This document shows positions 9,120 to 16,433 of a DNA stretch of 64,000 nucleotides, one piece after another. The stretch comes from Candidatus Latescibacterota bacterium (GTDB taxonomy: Bacteria > Latescibacterota > UBA2968 > GCA-2709665): positions 1 to 64,000 of the forward strand of contig OZ242358.1 of the NCBI GenBank assembly GCA_965208835.1. The letters are read 5' to 3'. Under the pieces are notes generated by a model. It did not search any database. It was not told the origin of the DNA and worked only from the letters and a program-made list of their open reading frames with translations. Position numbers and translations under genes: made by a program. Numbering within the stretch: the stretch's first letter is position 1; every line of letters starts with the position of its first letter.

Positions 9120-9858
9120 CCGGCGCGATGCCGCGCGCTTTCATCCAATCCATGACGATCTTGTGTCCGCCCGTCTTTGCCTGCTGATATGCGGACTCCC
9201 CGGCCGGGTTGACCCAATCCGGATCGGCGCCGCGTTCGAAAAGGACTCTGGCGATGGTCGCGTGGCCGTTTCGACACGCCAGGCCGAACGCGCTGTCCAG
9301 CGCCGTCTTCGGCGGTCTCGGAGGATCCCAGCAGGGCAGGGCGCCTGCGTTTTCCGTTACGTTCCCATCCTCATCGAAATACCGATCCACGAGATCTCTT
9401 CGTCCGGCGCCCGCGGCCGTCATGAGATTCGATGCCGCGCCCCGGTCGATCAACAGCCGCGCGACGTTCAGACACCGAAAGATGACGGCGTTCCAGATCG
9501 GTGTCCCATTCGCAATCACGCCGCAGTCAATATCGATATCAGCCCCGTTATCCAGGAGCAGCTCAGCCAGGTCGACGTCGTCATTGCTCGCCGCCCAGTG
9601 CAGCGGCGTCTCCTTCACCGCTTCAATCTGCCCGTGCTGGAAACGCGCGTTCACGTCGGCCCCCGCCTCGATAAGCAGCCTGGCCATCTCCACGCCCTTC
9701 GGTTTGTGCCCGGGATAATCCGCGATCGTATGCAGGAGCGTGCGATCGTTGTCTTCCGACCTGAGGTTGGGCAATTCCGGATGCGACTCGATGAGCGTCT
9801 TCAGCCCTTCCATATCGCTCTGTTCAACGGCTTCGCGCGCCTGTTCGATCGGCGTCAT
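9109..9858 (-). CDS. ankyrin repeat protein
   Basis: RTLLH, LLIEAGADVNA, ETPLHWAA, LLLDNGADID, LACRNGH. Confidence 0.9.
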   Translation of the reverse strand: MTPIEQAREAVEQSDMEGLKTLIESHPELPNLRSEDNDRTLLHTIADYPGHKPKGVEMARLLIEAGADVNARFQHGQIEAVKETPLHWAASNDDVDLAELLLDNGADIDIDCGVIANGTPIWNAVIFRCLNVARLLIDRGAASNLMTAAGAGRRDLVDRYFDEDGNVTENAGALPCWDPPRPPKTALDSAFGLACRNGHATIARVLFERGADPDWVNPAGESAYQQAKTGGHKIVMDWMKARGIAPDGG

Positions 9859-9880
9859 ACTCCTTCCTCCAAAACGTGGT

Positions 9881-10786
9881 TCAGGGGATCCCTAACCGTT
9901 TCCGGTAGACTTCGTCGCTCAGCGCCTTTTGACGCCAATAAGGTTCACGGACGGTCACCATCAGTTCAGCGCGGGTGCCCGTTCCGTCCTCCCATTTCAG
10001 GATGCGGCGGGGGTACGCCGTTTCCACCCAGACCGTCGTGTTCCACCGGTCCGTCTCCCAGCGCCATGGTGTGGCTTCGTGGCTCTCGTTAGAAACGGTG
10101 ATCGTCTCCGGCTTCCCTTTGCTCAACCGCGCGTCCACCAGGGCGTGGGGGCGGTGCCGCGTCCGGAACGACCAGAGGCTGCGCAGAAGCCGGACCGGCC
10201 GCGATTCGCCGGCCCGCATGACCGGACCCTTGAGCTCCCGGATCTGAATGAGCAGATGGTCTTCGCTCTGAAAGCCTTCGGGCATGTCCAGACTGTATGT
10301 ACGGAGGCCTTCGCGTTCAAAATAGCTGTTCAGGGCGCCGCGCAATTTGCCGTCATCCACGCGAATTTCATCGAAAATATGTCCGCACCACTCCTGTGAA
10401 CTCAGATTCACCTTTATCAGCTCAAACGGGTTTGAACCGTCCAGACCCTCAACGGCGCTGAAAACGGATGTCATTACCGAATAATCATAGATGCCGGTGG
10501 TGAACTTCAGTAAGTTGTTCAGTTTGAGAACGTAGACTCTCTCCGGCGGCGGCGTTGGCGACTCCACCTTGATGTAGGTCTTTCGGTTCAGGTCTTCCGT
10601 GACGAAAATGAGGACGCCGTAGCCCTCGCGTGACTCTCCGTAACGAGGCTGCGCCACGCGATAGCTGGAGATCTCCGCCTTGCCGTCCGCCCAGTGCGCA
10701 TAGAAGTCCGTCGTCTCCGCGACGACCGGCGGGACGAATCCAAGCATAGCCAGGACCCCCAGGGCTGTTGCGCAAAATCGGGGCAT
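9881..10786 (-). CDS. secreted conserved hypothetical protein
   Basis: signal peptide; HWADGKAEISSY, IFVTED, SSQEWCGH; GGAAGG upstream of the ATG at 10786. Confidence 0.75.
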   Translation of the reverse strand: MPRFCATALGVLAMLGFVPPVVAETTDFYAHWADGKAEISSYRVAQPRYGESREGYGVLIFVTEDLNRKTYIKVESPTPPPERVYVLKLNNLLKFTTGIYDYSVMTSVFSAVEGLDGSNPFELIKVNLSSQEWCGHIFDEIRVDDGKLRGALNSYFEREGLRTYSLDMPEGFQSEDHLLIQIRELKGPVMRAGESRPVRLLRSLWSFRTRHRPHALVDARLSKGKPETITVSNESHEATPWRWETDRWNTTVWVETAYPRRILKWEDGTGTRAELMVTVREPYWRQKALSDEVYRKRLGIP

Positions 10787-10822
10787 GTTTCCTTCCTTCC
10801 ACAGGATGATCGACTGGAATGG

Positions 10823-10850
10823 AAAGGGCCGCCTCACGTTCGGGCGGCCC
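10823..10850 (-). terminator. GC-rich hairpin, possible terminator after the FlgD-domain gene
   Basis: gggccgcc...ggcggccc followed by only ttt on the minus strand. Confidence 0.45.
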
Positions 10851-10879
10851 GTGTATCCCGCTGCGACGTCAAGTATGGT

Positions 10880-11962
10880 CTATTTCAGGAACAACATACG
10901 TCTTGACGCCGAGAAACCGGCTGCCTGAATCCTGTAGAGATAGATGCCGCTGGACACCTGCCGACCCATTTCATCCTTCCCGTCCCAGGTCGCCGTGAAG
11001 GAACCTGCTTCCATATAAAGGTCAACCAGAACACGCACCTCCTGGCCCAGAAGGTTATAGATGGCCAGCCGGACCGGGCCCGCCTCTGGAATCCGGTATC
11101 CGATTACGGTGGATGGATTGAACGGGTTCGGTACATTCTGGTCCAGTTTGTATTCGCCGGGCAGTGACGACAGACGGTCGAAATCGACGTTCGTCAACCG
11201 GTCGATAGTGCCGTCGAGTCCTATGAGCACCCCCTCCGAAACCCTGAAGTCGCCTGACGAGGCCGCGCCGTCTGTCTTGAAGATAAGCTCGACGAGCTTT
11301 CCGTCGCCACTGACGCCATGTCCATCAACTTTAACCGCGCCGAGATCCAGCCTGCCCGGCGTATGGTTTGCGGATACGAACAGCGTTTTCCCTCCTGGAC
11401 CGGACTTGAGCAGATTTTCATCCAGTTCTCTGGCTTCTAGGAAATCATACTTCGCAGAGTCGTAATGCAGCGAGAACCCGTACCCCTTCAGGTCCTTCGT
11501 ACGCGCCAGTGAGACGTGGAGTTTCAGGAGCTCATTGTCTGCGCTCGAGTCCTCAACCTTTTCCAGCATAAGCGCGGCAAACGCGTTCCGTCCCCCGGTT
11601 ATGTTCAAACCACTCGTCAGTTTTCCGCTGGATTTCCCTTCCCCGAAATTCGTTGTCTTCGATGACAGCAGCCGTTCCCTGCCCTCGGCGTCAAGAGGGT
11701 CCCCGCGCGACCCACGACCGTTTACCATCTCGTACTTCGAGGGAACGTGTTCCAGCGAAAGCCCGTATCCCTTTAAAGTCCCTTCTTCCGTCGAAGGAAT
11801 GGGCTTCGGCAGAGAACTCCTGCCCTCATTCAGGACGCTTAACAGCCGCGCCTTCGGATCTGCATTGGCGCGCTTCCCTTCGTCCGTGGTCAGTTCATCG
11901 GCAAGGGCCGGACTAAAAAAAACCAGCGCCGTGCAGACGGCCGGGACAAACGTCCGTCTCAT
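10880..11962 (-). CDS. secreted protein with a cohesin-like domain and a C-terminal FlgD-Ig / T9SS type A sorting domain
   Basis: signal peptide; LKGYGFSLHYD...GRLDLG...VSGDGKLVELIFK; LDQNVPNPFNPST...IYNLLGQEVRVLV...WDGKD...SSGIYLYR. Confidence 0.85.
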   Translation of the reverse strand: MRRTFVPAVCTALVFFSPALADELTTDEGKRANADPKARLLSVLNEGRSSLPKPIPSTEEGTLKGYGLSLEHVPSKYEMVNGRGSRGDPLDAEGRERLLSSKTTNFGEGKSSGKLTSGLNITGGRNAFAALMLEKVEDSSADNELLKLHVSLARTKDLKGYGFSLHYDSAKYDFLEARELDENLLKSGPGGKTLFVSANHTPGRLDLGAVKVDGHGVSGDGKLVELIFKTDGAASSGDFRVSEGVLIGLDGTIDRLTNVDFDRLSSLPGEYKLDQNVPNPFNPSTVIGYRIPEAGPVRLAIYNLLGQEVRVLVDLYMEAGSFTATWDGKDEMGRQVSSGIYLYRIQAAGFSASRRMLFLK

Positions 11963-12418
11963 ATCGTAACTCCTTAAGAACCTGGTTCTCCTGAATCACG
12001 ATCAATTCCTATCCGAAATCTATTGCATAAATCCGCCACTGTCAACCCCATTGGGCGTCGATAAGCCGGAATCATACGCCTGGGACCAGTCTCACCCACC
12101 TGCGAAGAAATCTTCCGTTTCCGGCGGTTCCGTGAGGTGGATGTGAATCGATTGCGTCACAAATCTGTTGTCAACAATTTTGTTGTATAAATTGAATGTG
12201 TCACGGAAGCGTTCCACCGATACCTGCAGTTTTGGCCACTTGATCGCGTGAAGGATCTGCACCCGTCGGTCAATCGCCGGAAACCCGAACTTTCAGGGAG
12301 CGCATTTCCATAAACGACGGCAACCACAACCTGCAATGCCCTTGTTGAAACCTATTGAATCCCTTATGTTAAATGTGGGAATTCAGACCGACGCTATTGC
12401 ATCAGGAGAATCGAAACC

Positions 12419-14779
12419 ATGTCCGAATCGAGAAGTCATCCCTCTCGTTGGTCCACCCGGTATTTCGTTGTGGCGGCGGTGTTGTCATTTGCTATCGTCG
12501 CCCTGGTCCTGTGGATTGGCCCGCAGCCGATTTCTTCCCAGAGTCCGTTTTCGCTTTCTCCCGATCTGGACGGGACGGAGGGCGATCAGGGCGCCACGTC
12601 TCTTGAAGTCTCCGCCGAGGACGTCGTTTCCATACAGGTTTTCGGCGATGACATCCAGGGAGCGAGCGACGTGACGATGGTCTTCGAATACGACGCACGC
12701 CAGGTCCTGTTCGATGGATTCGACGTCGGCGGGATCATGACCAATGCCGTGGCGTTTACGGGGGAAGAAACGCATCCGACGTCCGTGGAGATCACCGTCT
12801 GGCCGCTTGCGAGCCGTCCCACGCCCAGAGCCGGCCTTTTGGGTACCGCGCGTTTTCGCACGTCTAAGTCGTTTTCCAGCACCACAATCCGTCTGGCCGA
12901 CGGTGAAATCTCCCTGGGCCGATACCGGGAGGAAACCGCGTCGTTGGACATCGATATTTCCCTGCAGGACAGTTCGGCGGCCCCGTCCCCCGGTCTTGAC
13001 GTGCATCGTGCCGACTTCGACGGCGACGGTACGGTCGCATTGTCCGACTTTCTACTGTTCGCGAGCAATTACGGGTCACAGCAGGAGGACGATTCCTTTG
13101 ACGGACGGTTCGACCTGGATGGCGACGGGGCAATCGCGCTCGGTGATTTTCTCGTATTCGCCGCCCAGTTCGGAAAGGAACTCCCGCCGCCCACGCCGCT
13201 TGTCGACCCCGCCGAGCGCGACGCCCTGGTGGCGCTCTACAGGTCAACGGGAGGCGATGACTGGACGGAAAAGACAAACTGGCTGACAGACAAACACGTC
13301 TCCACGTGGCATGGCGTGATCGCCTTCGACGGTCGCGTATCGGTTGTAAACCTGAGCGAAAACAACCTGACTGGCGAAATCCCGTCTGAACTGGGCAGCC
13401 TGTCCAGTCTCAGGCGCCTATACCTTCAGAGGAATGGCCTTTCCGGCCCTATTCCCGCTTCATTTGGAAATCTTGCGATGAATGAAGCGCTCTTTCTGCA
13501 CCGGAATGCTTTGAGCGGTGAGATACCTGCCGAACTGGGAAACCTGTCCAATCTTAACTGGTTGGCCCTCAATGCCAACCAGTTAAACGGAAACATACCC
13601 GCCGAACTGGGCGATCTTTCAGAACTGCAGTGGCTGAATCTGGACGAAAACGAACTCAGCGGCGCGTTGCCCGCCGAATTGGGAAACCTTTCAAGACTGA
13701 AGGTCCTTTGGATCTGGAAAAACGCGCTGAGCGGCGAGATTCCCCCCGATTTGGGCAGACTTACCGAAGTGTTATGGCTGGATTTGAGTGAAAACGAACT
13801 GACCGGCGCCATACCCGCCGAACTGGGCGAGATGACCAACGTGAATCTCATATGGCTTACCGATAACAAGCTGAACGGCGAAATACCTGAGACGCTCGGC
13901 AACCTGCGCCACCTGCAGCGGCTCTACCTGAGTACAAACGAGTTGAGCGGACCCATTCCCCCGGCACTGGCCAACGTCGCCGTCCTGGAAGTTCTGAGGT
14001 TGAATAAAAACAAATTGACGGGCGAGATTCCTCCGGAGTTCAGCGCGCTGGACGAACTCACGTGGCTGGAACTCGACGAGAACGAGCTGACCGGCGAGAT
14101 TCCGGGTGCGCTGGCCGATATGGCCTCCATCGAGGTGCTATGGATCGCCGCCAACAAGCTGACCGGCCCCATACCCTCGGAATTGGGCAAATTGTCCACT
14201 CTGGTATGGCTGGATCTTTCCGAAAACATGTTGAGCGGCGAACTGCCTGAGTCCATGGGAAATCTGTCCGACCTCGCGCAGTTGTGGGTTAACGACAATG
14301 CGGACATGAAGGGCGCGCTGCCGTTCAGTCTGACCAATCTGAACGGTATGGAAGATCTTCAGTTTCACGCCACCGGGCTGTGCGCGCCGATCGAGGAGGG
14401 CTTTCAGTCGTGGCTGACGGGAATCGACCGTACAACCGGAGAGAATTGCGAGGAATCCGCAACCACGCCCGTGGAGATTAAACCGCTGGCAGGGCTTCGT
14501 GTATCGAACGGAGGAGTTCAGTTCCTGGTTTTATCGACAACAGAGCAATGCATCCCCCCCCTGATCGGTATTTCCATTGAAGGCGTCACCTACACCACGC
14601 ATACGTCGAAATGGCAAAGCAAAGAGGACGATTCATGGGTCGACATTGAACGAACGCTACGCGTGGGCCTGTGTCCTTACTCGACAACCACCGCCGGGGA
14701 ATACCGGATGGTCGCCGAGATTACGATCGACGGTGAAAGGGGAAGCTACGCCAGCGAGAACACGTTTACCGTCAACTGA
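12419..14779 (+). CDS. surface protein: N-terminal anchor, cohesin-like domain, EF-hand/dockerin, about 14 plant-type 24-aa LRRs
   Basis: DFDGDGTV..SDF / DLDGDG.I..GDF pair; ERDALVALY..TGG..W N-cap; repeated LxLxxNxLxGxIPxELG. Confidence 0.9.
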   Translation: MSESRSHPSRWSTRYFVVAAVLSFAIVALVLWIGPQPISSQSPFSLSPDLDGTEGDQGATSLEVSAEDVVSIQVFGDDIQGASDVTMVFEYDARQVLFDGFDVGGIMTNAVAFTGEETHPTSVEITVWPLASRPTPRAGLLGTARFRTSKSFSSTTIRLADGEISLGRYREETASLDIDISLQDSSAAPSPGLDVHRADFDGDGTVALSDFLLFASNYGSQQEDDSFDGRFDLDGDGAIALGDFLVFAAQFGKELPPPTPLVDPAERDALVALYRSTGGDDWTEKTNWLTDKHVSTWHGVIAFDGRVSVVNLSENNLTGEIPSELGSLSSLRRLYLQRNGLSGPIPASFGNLAMNEALFLHRNALSGEIPAELGNLSNLNWLALNANQLNGNIPAELGDLSELQWLNLDENELSGALPAELGNLSRLKVLWIWKNALSGEIPPDLGRLTEVLWLDLSENELTGAIPAELGEMTNVNLIWLTDNKLNGEIPETLGNLRHLQRLYLSTNELSGPIPPALANVAVLEVLRLNKNKLTGEIPPEFSALDELTWLELDENELTGEIPGALADMASIEVLWIAANKLTGPIPSELGKLSTLVWLDLSENMLSGELPESMGNLSDLAQLWVNDNADMKGALPFSLTNLNGMEDLQFHATGLCAPIEEGFQSWLTGIDRTTGENCEESATTPVEIKPLAGLRVSNGGVQFLVLSTTEQCIPPLIGISIEGVTYTTHTSKWQSKEDDSWVDIERTLRVGLCPYSTTTAGEYRMVAEITIDGERGSYASENTFTVN

Positions 14780-14823
14780 TATCGACGTCTTCAGCGAATT
14801 ACCGAAATCCTTCCGCAATAGCC

Positions 14824-14856
14824 AAAAGGGGCCGTGTGATTCACACGGCCCCTTTT
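14824..14856. terminator. bidirectional intrinsic terminator
   Basis: aaaaggggccgtgtg-att-cacacggcccctttt between convergent genes. Confidence 0.85.
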
Positions 14857-15040
14857 CAGATTCGGGTTCTCCCCGATCGGTTACACTATATTTCAATCGG
14901 CCCGAAAAGTAGAAATCCATCTGGCGTTTCTACCACCTTGGCGCCAGATGTCACTCCCGTCCCTTTCACGACTCTACCTCCAAAACCCTCCCTATTTAGC
15001 CCATCCAGTTTCAGGAAAACACCTGCAGACCTTGTGGAAA

Positions 15041-16276
15041 TCAATTCGAACGCACGCTTTTGCCGAAGTCCATGGAAAAGAGCACGAAATCTGCAAACGC
15101 GATCTCGCCATCGCTGTTCAGATCGTAAAGACCGTCGAAGTCCGCGTCATTCCTGTTCAATCCGAAATGCCTGGCAAAAAGGAGAAAGTCGCTGAAATCC
15201 ACTGAACCGTCCTCGTCGAAGTCGGGCCCGCGCCGATAGATGCCGGCCCCGATGACGTATTCTTCGCCGAGATGCGTATGGAGCAACGCGTAACTTACCT
15301 TGAATGAGCCTACCGTATCGCCCAATAACGCTCCGTCTCCATCCTCGTCCCTCGCGGGATCGTCCCACACATACTCGACGTAGCCCCCACCTGCCCGAGC
15401 CGCCTTCAGGATCTCCTGCACGATCTTTACGCCGTTGGCGTCTTCAAGCTCGAAGTTGATGAGTCTCCCCTCGCGCTCGGGCTCCGCCCCGTGAAAGACC
15501 AGGTACCCGCCGGTTGTAAATACGAACGCATAGATCGAGCCGTGTTTCCAGTGTCCGCCTCCGACTCTGAAGACCTCCTGGATGGTCGTAAGTTTCTCCG
15601 GACCGATCCGTTCGAGCGCAATGGAAAAGGCCTTGAGGGCGCTTTCGACAAAGGCCTTCAGGGTCTCCCGGTCCACCACCTCCCCGGCCGTGATGTCCGG
15701 GCGGGGTGCGGAGACGGGATCGCCCGCAGGCAGATCCGACAGGTCCTGGTAAAAGCCGCCGACCAGAATATAGTTTTCGTTGGTCGCCTCCGAGAAAAAT
15801 TGCGTGGCGTATGCGACCTTGGGGTGGCCGCTATCGTCTCCCTCAACGTCGGGATCGTCCCAATGGTAACCGACAAAACCTCCACCGGCAGCCGCCTCCA
15901 TGAGAAGATTCTTTCCTGTGCTGTCTCTCCTGGCATCGACAATGCGTCGGAGGGTCTTTCCCTCGGCATCGGGCTGATCGGCGTGGAACAGCACGGAGCC
16001 CCGGCTGTTGAGGACAATCAGGAATATATCCCCTGACTTCCAGTCCCCTTGGAGACGCATACTGCTCCATACGACGGCCAGTTCGGCGGCGTCAGTGATG
16101 TCATCCAGTTGCGTTTTCGCGTATTCCACAAAAGCCCTCAGGGTTGCAGGTTCGTCAATGTCGACGTCGCCGGCCGTTACCGCCGTTTCCTGCGCATTGA
16201 CGGGACCCGCGTCGGCAAGGATATTGAAGATGCCCGGAAGACACACCAACAAAACGATATATACGATAGATCTCAT
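15041..16276 (-). CDS. secreted protein with two Cache domains and a C-terminal EF-hand/dockerin
   Basis: two copies of WK.G.I..F...G...FH...P..EG....D...GGG(F/Y)V.Y.WDDP...KV.YA; DFDEDGSVDFSDF...DLNSDGEIAFADF. Confidence 0.85.
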   Translation of the reverse strand: MRSIVYIVLLVCLPGIFNILADAGPVNAQETAVTAGDVDIDEPATLRAFVEYAKTQLDDITDAAELAVVWSSMRLQGDWKSGDIFLIVLNSRGSVLFHADQPDAEGKTLRRIVDARRDSTGKNLLMEAAAGGGFVGYHWDDPDVEGDDSGHPKVAYATQFFSEATNENYILVGGFYQDLSDLPAGDPVSAPRPDITAGEVVDRETLKAFVESALKAFSIALERIGPEKLTTIQEVFRVGGGHWKHGSIYAFVFTTGGYLVFHGAEPEREGRLINFELEDANGVKIVQEILKAARAGGGYVEYVWDDPARDEDGDGALLGDTVGSFKVSYALLHTHLGEEYVIGAGIYRRGPDFDEDGSVDFSDFLLFARHFGLNRNDADFDGLYDLNSDGEIAFADFVLFSMDFGKSVRSN

Positions 16277-16433
16277 AAATTCCCCGGATTTCAGGTTGAA
16301 ATACGCCGTTATCGAAGCAAATCGCGTGGACGGCGTCGGCAGGGCCGTTTCATCACCGCGCGTTTCTCACTAGAAAAATCTAATTTAAAATCGGTTGCTG
16401 TCAACCTGCGACCGGCGAAAGGTCCGGCGCAAA

